DNA from: an uncultured delta proteobacterium
GTDB lineage: Bacteria > Myxococcota_A > Polyangia > Polyangiales > B10-G4
Length of the DNA: 64,000 bases
Assembly: GCA_963727445.1 (NCBI GenBank)
Contig: CAVSGI010000009.1
Coordinates: forward strand, 224,001 to 288,000
Reading direction: 5' to 3'
Below the pieces are notes generated by a model, which had not been told where the DNA came from, did not search any database, and worked only from the letters and a program-made list of their open reading frames with translations. Each line of letters begins with the position of its first letter. Within the stretch, counting starts at the first letter, position 1. The translations under genes and the position numbers were made by a program. Shown in pieces: positions 9,639 to 19,435 of this stretch.

Positions 9639-11201
9639 GTGCGAACCCTCTCGGCCATCCTGCTCGTGCTCTGGGGCGCCGCTTGCGCGAGCGCCGACGG
9701 GGCGGAGGGTCCGGAGGGGAAGCTCGTCTTCGGGGCGGAGGGCAAGGCCGACAACATCGCGATCGACACGCTCTGGCCTTCCGCGCGCATCCCGGTCTGC
9801 TGGGAGAGCGTCGACCCCGAGCGCGCCGAGGAGCGAGGGTGGGTCGAGGACGCCGTCGCCGGCACGTGGAGCGCAGTCTCCGCGGTCGAGCTCGTCGGTT
9901 GGGAAGCGTGCGAGCCAGGGGCGCCGGGGATCCACATCGGCACGACGGACTGGGCGCCGAACACCCTCGGGCTCGGCACCGAGATCGACGGGATGGACGC
10001 GGGCATGAAGCTCGACTTCGACTTCGCCCAGTGGAGCCCCGGCTGCCAGAGCACACGCGAGTTCTGCATTCGAGCCGGGGCCGTGCACGAGGTCGGCCAC
10101 GCCCTCGGCTTCGCGCACGAGCACGGCCGGAGCGACACCCCCGGGTGGTGTGCGCGCGAGGTCGGCGCCTTCGGCGGCTACTCGTTCACCGACTGGGATG
10201 CCGACTCCATCATGAACTACTGCAACCCCGAGTGGACCGGGAACGGCGACCTGAGCAAGTCGGACATCATCGCGGTGCGCGCGCTCTACGGGCGCGATCG
10301 GGGGACGGTGCTCCTCGGCCGGAGCGATGGCGACGCGGTCGAGCCGGGGTGGGTGCTGACCGAAGAGAGCGCCCTCGCGACGCTGGGCCCCGAGGGCGAG
10401 GTGCTGCTCGGCGATGTGACGGGTGACGGGCGAGACGATCTCGTCGTCGCGGATCCTCGGCGCGGCGAATGGCAAATGCTCGAGTCGGCCGGCGATCGGC
10501 TGCTCCCCGCGCGGCGCTTCGGAAGCCTCGAAGCGGGCTCGACCCCGCTCGTCGCGGACATGGACGGCGATGGGCGCTCCGATGCGGTCACGGTGGACGC
10601 GTCGGGGCAGTGGAAGATCGCGCTCAGCGATGGCGACGGCTTTGGCGAAAGCCGCTACGCGGGAGACATGCCCGCCGGCCAGCCCTTCGCGGCGGACATC
10701 ACGGGCGACGGACGCGCCGACGCCGTGGTCGTCGTGGTGGACCGAGGGGAGGTCTGGGGCGCCGTCTCGGTCGGGACCGGGATCGCATATCCGACGGCTG
10801 TCGCATCGAACCTCGGCGCCGGGGCGGACGCCTACTTCGTCGGGGACATCGACGGCGATCAACGGGCCGACTTCGTCGCCTTCGACGCCGCCGAAGGCAC
10901 CTGGTGGGGGGCGACGACGACCGAAGGTGGCCTCTCCGCCGTGACGCAATGGACCACCGGCCACGGCCGCTTTGCCTCCGCGCGCCTCTTGGCCGACGTC
11001 TCGGGAGACGGGCGCGCCGACGCGGTCGTCTACGAACGATCCACCGGGGCGTGGTTCAGCCGCAGCTCCGATGGCGAGACGTTCACCGACGAGAAAGTCC
11101 TCGTCACGTACCTGGGGGCGAGCCTGCCGAGAGTGGAGCCGCGCGTCCGCAACGGGGACGTCGACGGCGATGGCGACAGCGACGTCGTTCTAGTCTGGTG
11201 A
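9639..11201 (+). CDS. Metzincin Zn-metalloprotease (astacin-like) lipoprotein with FG-GAP/VCBS repeats
   Basis: Lipobox GAAC; HEVGHALGFAHEH; Met-turn SIMNY; repeated DxxGDGRxD. Confidence 0.9.
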   Translation: MRTLSAILLVLWGAACASADGAEGPEGKLVFGAEGKADNIAIDTLWPSARIPVCWESVDPERAEERGWVEDAVAGTWSAVSAVELVGWEACEPGAPGIHIGTTDWAPNTLGLGTEIDGMDAGMKLDFDFAQWSPGCQSTREFCIRAGAVHEVGHALGFAHEHGRSDTPGWCAREVGAFGGYSFTDWDADSIMNYCNPEWTGNGDLSKSDIIAVRALYGRDRGTVLLGRSDGDAVEPGWVLTEESALATLGPEGEVLLGDVTGDGRDDLVVADPRRGEWQMLESAGDRLLPARRFGSLEAGSTPLVADMDGDGRSDAVTVDASGQWKIALSDGDGFGESRYAGDMPAGQPFAADITGDGRADAVVVVVDRGEVWGAVSVGTGIAYPTAVASNLGAGADAYFVGDIDGDQRADFVAFDAAEGTWWGATTTEGGLSAVTQWTTGHGRFASARLLADVSGDGRADAVVYERSTGAWFSRSSDGETFTDEKVLVTYLGASLPRVEPRVRNGDVDGDGDSDVVLVW

Positions 11202-11247
11202 GGCGCGGGCCTCACTCCGCGTCCGATGCTACTGCTATGGTGTCGCC

Positions 11248-11787
11248 GTGCGACGGCTCCTCGCGCTCGCTTCCGCTCTCGCGATCGTGACCACGCCGTC
11301 CGGCGCACGTGCGCAGGAAGCTCCCGAGGGCCAGAGCACACCGACCTATCACGAGGCGATCGTCCTCGACGTCGCGGTGGGCTTCGTTCCGGTCGCCAAC
11401 GACGTGCCGCTGATCGTCGGCGGGGGCGTTCGTTTCGGAGCGATCCACGAGATCTTCGCGCGCGGCGGATACATGCCGACGGGTGACGACGTGGGCTACG
11501 GTTTCGGCGTCCTCGGCTATCGCGCGGTCTTTCGCCCGGGAGAGCTCGTCCGTCCGGTGGTCGGCGGCTACGTCGCCGCGCTCCCCGCCACGTGCACCCA
11601 CGACGACGCTGGCGATCCGACATGCGATCCGACGGCGCTCTTCATCGTGTCGGCCACGGGTGGTCTCCGCCTCGAGCCTGTGCCCTGGCTCGGCCTCTTC
11701 GCGCTCCTCTCCCTCGGCGTCGACTCGTACCCCAACCCCTTCGGCATGGTCGAGCTCGGTGCGACCTTCGCGTTGCCTCTTTCGTAG
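11248..11787 (+). CDS. Secreted protein, probably a small outer-membrane beta-barrel
   Basis: ARA/Q signal cleavage; amphipathic beta strands; C-terminal VELGATF. Confidence 0.6.
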   Translation: MRRLLALASALAIVTTPSGARAQEAPEGQSTPTYHEAIVLDVAVGFVPVANDVPLIVGGGVRFGAIHEIFARGGYMPTGDDVGYGFGVLGYRAVFRPGELVRPVVGGYVAALPATCTHDDAGDPTCDPTALFIVSATGGLRLEPVPWLGLFALLSLGVDSYPNPFGMVELGATFALPLS

Positions 11788-11799
11788 AAGCCGCCACGC

Positions 11800-12888
11800 T
11801 CAGTCGGAGACGTCGCCGCGGCGGCCTGCGCTCTGCCTCTCCATCATCCAACCGGGATACTCCTCGGGCAGGGCCGACACCTCGTCGAGCTTCTTCACCT
11901 GCTCGTCGGTCAGCCTGATATCGCTGGCCGCGATGTTGTCGCGGAGCTGCTCTTCGCGCTTGGCGCCGATGATCACGCTCGTCACGCCGGGCTTGTTCAG
12001 GATGTAGGCGAGGGCGATGCGGGCGACGGAGCAGTCGTGGGCAGCCGCCACTTCGTGCATCGCATCCACGCAGTCGAAGGCGCGCTCCTTGTCGATCGGG
12101 GGAAAGTCGAAGGTGGAGCGGCGGGCGCCGTCGGGCCCCGTCCCGTCGCGCTTGAACTTGCCGGTGAGGAATCCGCCGGCGAGCGGGCTCCAGGGCAGGA
12201 TGCTCAGGCCCTGATCGAGGGCGAGGGGCACCACTTCACGCTCGAGATCGCGACCGGCGATCGAGTAGTACATCTGAAGCGATTGAAAGCGCGCGAGCCC
12301 ACGCCGATCCGACACGGCGAGCGCTTTCATGATCTGCCAGGCGGCGAGGTTGCAGAGCCCGAGATAGCGCACCCGGCCCGACTTCACGATCGCGTCGAGG
12401 GCTTCGAGGGTCTCCTCGATCGGCGTCAGCGGGTCGAAGCCGTGAATCTGATAGATGTCGACGTAGTCGAGACCGAGGCGGGCGAGGCTGTCGTCGATCG
12501 CGTGGAAGAGATGCTTGCGGGACAGACCGGACACGTTGCGCATCTTCGAGCGCCGCTCCGCTTCGTTCTTCTCCGCGTCGGAGGCGTCCGGGCTCACCCG
12601 ATCGAGCACCCGCCCGTGGGCCTTGGTCGCGATCACGATCTCGTCGCGGCGTACGCCCAGGCTCTTCAACGCCGTCCCGAGGATCTCCTCGCTCGCGCCG
12701 TTCGAGTAGACGTTCGCGGTGTCGATGAAGTTGACGCCCGCGTCGATCGCACCCTTGACGAGCTTCGTCGCCTCGTCCTCGTCTTGCTGACCGATCGCGC
12801 GCCAGTAGCCGTTGCCGCCGAAAGTCATGGTGCCGAGGCAGATCTCCGACACCAGGAGGCCCGTGTTTCCCAACCTGTGATATCGCAT
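11800..12888 (-). CDS. Aldo/keto reductase
   Basis: LGNTGLLVSEICLGTMTFG, IDTANVYS, IATK, DIYQIH, WSPLAGG. Confidence 0.96.
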   Translation of the reverse strand: MRYHRLGNTGLLVSEICLGTMTFGGNGYWRAIGQQDEDEATKLVKGAIDAGVNFIDTANVYSNGASEEILGTALKSLGVRRDEIVIATKAHGRVLDRVSPDASDAEKNEAERRSKMRNVSGLSRKHLFHAIDDSLARLGLDYVDIYQIHGFDPLTPIEETLEALDAIVKSGRVRYLGLCNLAAWQIMKALAVSDRRGLARFQSLQMYYSIAGRDLEREVVPLALDQGLSILPWSPLAGGFLTGKFKRDGTGPDGARRSTFDFPPIDKERAFDCVDAMHEVAAAHDCSVARIALAYILNKPGVTSVIIGAKREEQLRDNIAASDIRLTDEQVKKLDEVSALPEEYPGWMMERQSAGRRGDVSD

Positions 12889-13001
12889 CGCGCAGGATCC
12901 TGAACCAAGGCGGCCGCGAAGACCAGCTAGGGCCTGTGGGCGGGATTTTTTCGTTAATCAGAACGGACCGCTAGCGGGACTCATGATGGTCTTCGCCTTC
13001 G

Positions 13002-13874
13002 ATGCGCTACACGGTCCTACTCTTCGCTTTCGCGTGGTCGGGGTGCGGTCTGCTTCTGGATCCGGACGTCACCGACCCCAACGCTGCCGACGCAGCGGCG
13101 TTCGATGCATCCGATGCAGGAGATGCGGCGCGACGAGACGCTTCGAGGGATGGCTCCGAACGTGACGGCGGGGGCGAAAACCGACGCGATGGTGGAGCGT
13201 CGGACGCAATCGTGACGTCCGATGCCACGTGGCGAGATGGCATGCCCTCCGACGCCACCGTGCTTCCGGACGCGGTTTCGGGGCCGCTCCCCGTCGTCAT
13301 CGAAGGAGGATTCGGTATCGGCTCCGAGAGCGTTCAGATGCTACCCGGCCCCGGCTACGCCGCTCCCGTCCCCGCTCAGCCCGACAAAGTGTACGTGCAG
13401 ACCAGCGAGGGCCTCGAGCCGACGATGGTCGAGGGACAGATCACCAAGGCCGGCGGGGTCGTGGACATGTCACCGTCCATCGCTCCGGGCTATCCCGACT
13501 ACGTCGTCTTCCACCCGAGCTCGCTCGAGGACGGGTGGTACTGCCTCGAGGTCTTCTCCACGCCGTCGCTCGCCGGTGTGCGTCTCGATGGGGAGTACTA
13601 CGGGGTCTTCCCCTCCGGTGACGGCTACGCGGGCGGGAGCTTCATCTACGTCTTCGGCGTCCTCAGGGGCGACGTCGACCGCAACGGTATCGTGGATACG
13701 GCGGACCTCGTGGCCTTCGACGGCGGGTACGCCGCCATTCTGGACGTCAACGCCGATGGGATCGTCGACGCTGCAGATCGCTCCTTCATCGAAGACCGTC
13801 GCGGCGAAACCCTGCCGGCGTTGACGAGCTCTCCGACCGGTACGAGCTGCCCCCCGCTTCCCGGCGGGGGCTAG
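13002..13874 (+). CDS. Lipoprotein with an Ig-like region and a C-terminal dockerin-like double EF-hand
   Basis: Lipobox WSGC; GDVDRNGIVDTADL...LDVNADGIVDAADR. Confidence 0.75.
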   Translation: MRYTVLLFAFAWSGCGLLLDPDVTDPNAADAAAFDASDAGDAARRDASRDGSERDGGGENRRDGGASDAIVTSDATWRDGMPSDATVLPDAVSGPLPVVIEGGFGIGSESVQMLPGPGYAAPVPAQPDKVYVQTSEGLEPTMVEGQITKAGGVVDMSPSIAPGYPDYVVFHPSSLEDGWYCLEVFSTPSLAGVRLDGEYYGVFPSGDGYAGGSFIYVFGVLRGDVDRNGIVDTADLVAFDGGYAAILDVNADGIVDAADRSFIEDRRGETLPALTSSPTGTSCPPLPGGG

Positions 13875-13929
13875 GCGATCTCGGCAGGGCCCTTTCGCGA
13901 GCTCGTGCGCTGGCGGTCGGGGCGCGCGC

Positions 13930-14595
13930 TCAGAACTCCCACATCCCGTTTTCGGGATCGGGGCTCATCGGGACCATCGGAGGGCCGCTGCCGCAGTCGG
14001 GCGGAATGCAGTAGGGTCCGAAGGGGAGGAAGCAGTCGAAGGAGCGCTCTCCTCGTTCGCCGCCATCCGTGGCCCACGACACGCGCGTGCACACCTCGCC
14101 ACCGCTCTCGACGAAGATGTGATGAAGGCAGGGATCCTCGATCGTGTAGTAGAAGGTCGGGACTTCGAAGCGCGGCCTCTCCAAGGGGCGGTTGACGCGA
14201 ACATCGCGGCACACCTCGACCAACTCGCACGTGCGGTCCCGTGCCTCCACCGCGGCGCAGAAGGTGTACGTGCCGACGCAGCGCGCGCTGAGGAACGCGG
14301 GCTCTCCCCACCCGTCGCCCCGTCCGCTCGGTCCGGGGCAACCAGCGAGTCCGCGAAGGCTCGGACACACCAGAACACCCGCCCACTCGATGCTGCCTCC
14401 CGTGAGACAGTCGCAGTCCTCTCCCGGCGGGCACGGAGGAGGCTCGGTGTCGATCGCCGTATCGATGCTCACGTCCACGGCCGCGTCCACCGCGTCCACC
14501 GCGGCGTCCATCGCCGGCTCGTCCACCAACAGACCGGACTTGGAGCCGCAGGCGACAAGCAGCATCGCGAGCAACGAAGGAACGGACGACCGCAT
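13930..14595 (-). CDS. Cys-rich lipoprotein, paralog of 2309..3247
   Basis: Lipobox [16 protein letters not shown] linker; shared Cys pattern. Confidence 0.75.
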   Translation of the reverse strand: MRSSVPSLLAMLLVACGSKSGLLVDEPAMDAAVDAVDAAVDVSIDTAIDTEPPPCPPGEDCDCLTGGSIEWAGVLVCPSLRGLAGCPGPSGRGDGWGEPAFLSARCVGTYTFCAAVEARDRTCELVEVCRDVRVNRPLERPRFEVPTFYYTIEDPCLHHIFVESGGEVCTRVSWATDGGERGERSFDCFLPFGPYCIPPDCGSGPPMVPMSPDPENGMWEF

Positions 14596-14665
14596 GGGAG
14601 GAGCTCTCTTACCCATCGTAAGGCATCTGTGTCCGCCTCCGATCAACTCGTATAGGATTCGATGG

Positions 14666-16324
14666 ATGGTGAGCCCGCTGGAACTGGGTCGGCGGGCTTA
14701 CGCCGCACGCGCGTGGGACGACGCCTACCGGGCGCTCTCTGATGCGAGCGCCGCGGAGCGCCTCGGGGCCGAGGACGTGGAGCGATTGGCATTGTCGGCG
14801 GGGCTCACCGGACGGGAGACGGAAGCGGTCGCGGGCTTCGAGAGGCTGCACCAGCTGCGGCTCGAAGCGCAGGACGTTCGCGGTGCGGCGCGCGCGGCGT
14901 TCTGGGCAGCGATGCGGCTCCTGTCGCTCGGAGAGATGGCCCGTGGCGGCGGATGGCTCGCGCGCGCGCAGCGCCTGGTCGAAGGACAGGAGTGTGTCGA
15001 ATGCGGTTACCTGCGGCTGCCGCTCGTGTTCCGCTTCAACGCGGCCGGCGACTTCGCGGCGGCAGGAAGTGCGGCGGCGGAGGCCGCGGAGATCGGCGCG
15101 CGCCACGCCGACCGCGACCTCGTCGCCCTCGGCCGAACCTTCGAAGGCCGCGCGCTCATCCGTCGCGGGCAGCTCTCGGAGGGACTGTCACTCCTCGACG
15201 AGGCGATGGTGGACGTGACGATGGGCGAGATCACGCCCATCGTCTCCGGGCTCATCTATTGCGGCGTCATCGAGGCCTGCCAACAGAGCTGGGCGCTCGA
15301 TCGCGCGCGGGAATGGACCGATGCGCTGAGCGTCTGGTGCGAGGATCAGCCGCAGCTCGTCGCCTTCGCGGGCGCGTGCCACATCCATCGATCGCAGATC
15401 ATGCAGCTGGGTGGCGAATGGCCCGAAGCCGCTGCAGAGGCGCGCCTCGCCTCGGAGCGCCTCGCCAACACCAAGGACAACGACGCGGGCAAGGCGCTCT
15501 ACCAGCAGGGCGAGCTCCACCGGCTGCGGGGCGAGCTCTCCCTCGCCGAAGAGGCCTACGGCGCGGCCAACGAACGTGGTCGCGAGCCTCAGCCGGGGCT
15601 GGCGCTCCTGCGGCTCACCCAGGGACGTCTCGACCAGGCCGCAGCCGCCATGCGCCGCGTGCTCTCCGCCACGAGCGCGCCGCTCGAGCGAGCCCGCTTT
15701 CTCCCAGCGCACGTGGAGATCATGCTCGCTATCTCCGATCGCGCGGAGGCACGTCGCGCCGCGGACGAGCTCGCAGAGCTCGCCGAGAGCTTCGGCTCCG
15801 AGGTGCTGGGTGCCATGGCCGACCACGCTGAGGGCGCCGTCGCCATCGCCGAAGGCGACGCGGGCAAGGCCATCGCACCTCTGCGTCGCGCACAGGAGGT
15901 GTGGCAGCGCGCCGGGGCGCCTTACCCCAGCGCCCGGATACGTGTCGTCGTGGCCCGGGCGTTTCGAGCCCTGGGCGACGATGACGGCGCCGCTCTCGAG
16001 ATCGCCGCCGCGAGGAAAGTCTTCGCCGTGCTCGGCGCCGCGCCCGATCTGACGATGCTGACGTCGATGGAGACCGGAGCAGATGACTCGTCAGCCGCTG
16101 CGAGTGACGCGGTTCACGCACAGGTGGATCACGACCTGAGCCCGCGCGAGATCGAGGTCCTTCTCCTCGTCGCCTCTGGCAAGAGCAACAAGGCCATCGC
16201 CTCCGCGCTCTTCTTGAGTGAGAAGACCATCCACCGTCACGTGAGCAACATCTTCACGAAGCTCTCCGTATCCTCGCGCTCCGCCGCCACGGCATGGGCC
16301 TACGAGAACGGCCTCGTTGGGTAG
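14666..16324 (+). CDS. Large helical (TPR-like) regulator with a C-terminal LuxR HTH
   Basis: [43 protein letters not shown]; no ATPase motif seen. Confidence 0.93.
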   Translation: MVSPLELGRRAYAARAWDDAYRALSDASAAERLGAEDVERLALSAGLTGRETEAVAGFERLHQLRLEAQDVRGAARAAFWAAMRLLSLGEMARGGGWLARAQRLVEGQECVECGYLRLPLVFRFNAAGDFAAAGSAAAEAAEIGARHADRDLVALGRTFEGRALIRRGQLSEGLSLLDEAMVDVTMGEITPIVSGLIYCGVIEACQQSWALDRAREWTDALSVWCEDQPQLVAFAGACHIHRSQIMQLGGEWPEAAAEARLASERLANTKDNDAGKALYQQGELHRLRGELSLAEEAYGAANERGREPQPGLALLRLTQGRLDQAAAAMRRVLSATSAPLERARFLPAHVEIMLAISDRAEARRAADELAELAESFGSEVLGAMADHAEGAVAIAEGDAGKAIAPLRRAQEVWQRAGAPYPSARIRVVVARAFRALGDDDGAALEIAAARKVFAVLGAAPDLTMLTSMETGADDSSAAASDAVHAQVDHDLSPREIEVLLLVASGKSNKAIASALFLSEKTIHRHVSNIFTKLSVSSRSAATAWAYENGLVG

Positions 16325-16376
16325 AAATACCCATCGCTGAAATCGTCTCTCGCTCGGTGAAAATGGGGGTTTCTGC
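16321..16376. promoter_or_regulatory. Imperfect 14-bp inverted repeat, candidate LuxR operator
   Basis: GTAGAAATACCCAT (16321-16334) and ATGGGGGTTTCTGC (16363-16376): 11/14 complementary. Confidence 0.5.
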
Positions 16377-16448
16377 CGAAGCGAGGCGGGCGCGGAATTC
16401 GTAGCTTCCAAGAGTCGACGCGGTGTCGACGAAAGAAAGGTTACGAAT

Positions 16449-16757
16449 ATGAAGCACCTCGTTCAGATCCAGTTCACCTCTCAGGCCGCCCACAACCAGT
16501 CTCAGACGGGTGGCCCGGCACCCGCCATGGGCCGCCTCATCGAGCGCTTCGCGCCGGAGTCCGTCTACATGAGCCCGGCCCGTCGCATGGCCTTCATGGT
16601 GTGCGATCTCGAAGCCGCCGACATCGCCGAGCTCATGGTGGCGGTCTCCCACATCTCGGGACAGCTCCCGGACTTCATCCCGGTGGTCGAAGGCAAGGAG
16701 TTCGCCGCCATCGTCGCCAAGGCCGGCCCCGCGGGAACGGCGCTCGCCAACGGGTGA
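16449..16757 (+). CDS. Small DUF3303/GYD-like alpha/beta protein
   Basis: AGAAAGG RBS; PESVYM..RRMAFMVCDL..FIPVV pattern. Confidence 0.75.
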   Translation: MKHLVQIQFTSQAAHNQSQTGGPAPAMGRLIERFAPESVYMSPARRMAFMVCDLEAADIAELMVAVSHISGQLPDFIPVVEGKEFAAIVAKAGPAGTALANG

Positions 16758-16835
16758 GTCCGTTCCGGACCGGCGCTGCTCGAACGGAGCGCGCCGGTCC
16801 CGGCCGCGGTCTCGAACGGCAAGAGGAGGTCTCTG

Positions 16836-17615
16836 ATGAAGACGAAGAGTGAGACGGCCTTTGGGGTCGATGGTCTGATCGAAGAGGGCGAAGCTTTCCG
16901 CAGGCTTCAGTCGGATCACCTTCGGCCGCGGCTGCGTCCTCAGAGCCGTGGCCGTCGGTTCCACGTTGGGATGTCGGTGGCGTTCGTCGCGACGGCCTTC
17001 GCCGGCTTCGCCCCGACCTATTACTTGAAGGGAGCGACCGACGCGCCGCCGCTGAGCCCGCTACTCCACATGCACGGCCTGGTCTTCTCCTCCTGGCTGC
17101 TCCTCCTGTTCACGCAAACGGCGCTCGTCGCCCGGCACCGCGTCGATCTGCACCGGCGACTCGGCATCGCCGGGGCCGTGCTCGCCGCGGTGATGGTCCC
17201 CCTCGGGATCGCCACGGCGATCGCCGCCGTCCGCCGCGCCGCTCCGGGGATCGATCCGGACGTCCGCCTCATCTTGGCGCTCGGCAACATCTCGATGTTC
17301 GGCGGCTTCATCGCTGCGGCGATCGCGAAGCGACGCACGCCCGAGCTCCATCGGCGTCTGGTCATGCTGGCGACGATCTGCATCATCGCTCCGGCGATCG
17401 CGCGCCTACCCTTCGTCGACCTGCGGCCGCCCGTCACCATCGCCCTGCACGCGCTCTTCGTGCTGGCCCCCGTCCTTCACGACCTCCGACAGCGCGGTCG
17501 CGTCCACCCCGTCTACCTCTGGGGTGGTCTCTTCATCCTCGTCTCGGGCCCGCTCCGTTTCGCCTTCTCACAGACGGATGCCTGGCACGCGATCGCTCAG
17601 TGGATCGTCGGGTAG
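16836..17615 (+). CDS. Polytopic membrane protein with His residues in TM segments
   Basis: GAGGAGG RBS; LLHMHG, DLHRRLG, ELHRRLVMLATI, GRVHPV; about 6-7 TM. Confidence 0.8.
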   Translation: MKTKSETAFGVDGLIEEGEAFRRLQSDHLRPRLRPQSRGRRFHVGMSVAFVATAFAGFAPTYYLKGATDAPPLSPLLHMHGLVFSSWLLLLFTQTALVARHRVDLHRRLGIAGAVLAAVMVPLGIATAIAAVRRAAPGIDPDVRLILALGNISMFGGFIAAAIAKRRTPELHRRLVMLATICIIAPAIARLPFVDLRPPVTIALHALFVLAPVLHDLRQRGRVHPVYLWGGLFILVSGPLRFAFSQTDAWHAIAQWIVG

Positions 17616-17626
17616 GAACTCTGCAA

Positions 17627-17642
17627 TGGCACGGGCCTTGTA
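17627..17642 (+). promoter_or_regulatory. Possible sigma54 promoter upstream of 17751
   Basis: TGGCACG-GGCC-TTGTA (mismatch at the -12 C). Confidence 0.35.
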
Positions 17643-17750
17643 GTGCGGATCCTTTCGAGAGCGTGCGTGTGCCAGGTGCGAGCCGCGGAGACCCCGTGGA
17701 TGGCACAGCCGTGACAGCCGCGTCGCGCTCTCGGGAAGGGAACGCTTTTC

Positions 17751-18845
17751 ATGAATGTTTCGAAGGCCATCCACGGCATGGCGCTGGTGATGCTCGTCTC
17801 GTGGACCCCAGGTTGCTTCCTCTTCGGCTCGCCGACCAACGACGTTCGCACGGCGACAGTGATGGACGACGGCCGCATCGTCGTGGTCGTCCAGACTCAG
17901 GGACCACAAGATGAGGCCGGAGACTCCGACTTTCGCGGGCTCAGCCGCTATACCTTCACCCGGGCGGGAGAGACGTTCTGCGATCCCATCGTCGGCCCCG
18001 AGCAGCCGGCCGGATACGGACCGTCCTACGTGATCACGGGCAGTGAGCTCCTGATCACCGATACCTACCGAGAGACGATCTGGATCGCCGCCGATGGATC
18101 CTCCTCCGGAGTGATCGACGACGCGCTTCCTTTCGGACGCCGGCTCCAAGGCGCATGGACGAGCCCGGACGGCGTCGGTCGGGTGGCCACGACGAGTGGG
18201 ATCTTCAGCGTGACCGGCGACGGTCGCGTGGCGTCCGTAGCCACCCTCGGCGGGTTCGACGGTCGCGCCATCCAAGCGCTCAATGGCTACGTGCCGACCG
18301 ACGACCTCCGGGGAGTCACCGTGCGGTGCGTCGGCGGAATCACGCCCACCGAAACCCTCATCGAGGTCGACTGCACGGGCAGCAGGTGCATGCTCGCTTC
18401 ATCGGGGGTCGCTGCCGATGGGCGCTGCAGCGAGGGCACCCTCGTCTCGGGAGCGGATGGCGCCTACTACGTCGAGGCAGACCGGGGCAGCTCGCCTGCC
18501 ATCGCGATCACCACCCTGGATGGCAGGCGTCGCGTCGCGGACCTCAACACCTTCTTTCTTGCCGCCACGCCCAGAGAAGGGGGCGGGGTGGCCATCGCTT
18601 CCCTGACCTATCTGGACACGCTGGAGCTCGTCCTGGTCGATCCCGATGGCACGGTCCGCCGCGCCTCGATGGGGAGCCACGACGCTCTCTCTTTCCTGGA
18701 CAGCTTCGGGATGGTCGCCATCGGCACCGGTGCAGACGAGGAGGTCTGGGCCTTCTTGGGCGTCGGTCATGGACTCCGTGTGGTCTCCATCGGCGTGGAG
18801 ACAGGCGAGCAGCTGCAGCGCCGCGACCTGCCCAACTGTCTCTGA
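17751..18845 (+). CDS. Hypothetical beta-rich lipoprotein
   Basis: Signal ending TPGC; 364-aa ORF. Confidence 0.7.
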   Translation: MNVSKAIHGMALVMLVSWTPGCFLFGSPTNDVRTATVMDDGRIVVVVQTQGPQDEAGDSDFRGLSRYTFTRAGETFCDPIVGPEQPAGYGPSYVITGSELLITDTYRETIWIAADGSSSGVIDDALPFGRRLQGAWTSPDGVGRVATTSGIFSVTGDGRVASVATLGGFDGRAIQALNGYVPTDDLRGVTVRCVGGITPTETLIEVDCTGSRCMLASSGVAADGRCSEGTLVSGADGAYYVEADRGSSPAIAITTLDGRRRVADLNTFFLAATPREGGGVAIASLTYLDTLELVLVDPDGTVRRASMGSHDALSFLDSFGMVAIGTGADEEVWAFLGVGHGLRVVSIGVETGEQLQRRDLPNCL

Positions 18846-18855
18846 CCGTCGCTCT

Positions 18856-19386
18856 TCAGGAGCCGACGTCGTTCACGGCGAAGCTGATGTTGCCGAACCC
18901 CGCCTGGGCCGCCGAGAAGAGCACCTTCTTGATGACGCGATAGTCGGTGTTGGCGTCGGCCTGGATGATCACCGCGTGGGGAAGCTCCTCGCCGGGGTGA
19001 AGGATCGTCCAGTTGTGGGCGGTGGTCTCGAGATCGCGAACGAGGGGCTCGATGCGGCTGATGCTCGCGTCGGCCGTGAGGCCCTCCGTGCTGGTGACCT
19101 CGCGCCCGTCGAGGCTCACCCGGTGGCGGTTGATCTCGATCACTGGGGCCTCGGCGATCCGCACCGTGTTCACCCCGTCGGGCAGGCGCATGTCCTCGCT
19201 CTGGGCGACGATTTGATCCCCGAAGTTCGCCAGGAGAAAGACCACCAGGCAGATGAGCAGGTCGATGAAGGGTACGAGCGTGACCTGCGTATCGACGTTC
19301 TTGCGCGCGCCGCCGCGGATTCGTTCGCGGACGAAGGTCAGTGGGATCGTCTCGAGCAGGCGCGGCGACGGTGCGTGAACGGCCAT
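18856..19386 (-). CDS. exbD: ExbD/TolR family protein, AglS-like
   Basis: LVPFIDLLICLVVFLLANF TM with the conserved Asp; IQADANTDYRVIKKVLFSAAQAGFGNISFAV; GGAGG RBS. Confidence 0.88.
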   Translation of the reverse strand: MAVHAPSPRLLETIPLTFVRERIRGGARKNVDTQVTLVPFIDLLICLVVFLLANFGDQIVAQSEDMRLPDGVNTVRIAEAPVIEINRHRVSLDGREVTSTEGLTADASISRIEPLVRDLETTAHNWTILHPGEELPHAVIIQADANTDYRVIKKVLFSAAQAGFGNISFAVNDVGS

Positions 19387-19435
19387 GGGTCCTCCTGCCT
19401 CCTTAGAGGTCACGGGGCGGCAAATGTTCCGGCGT

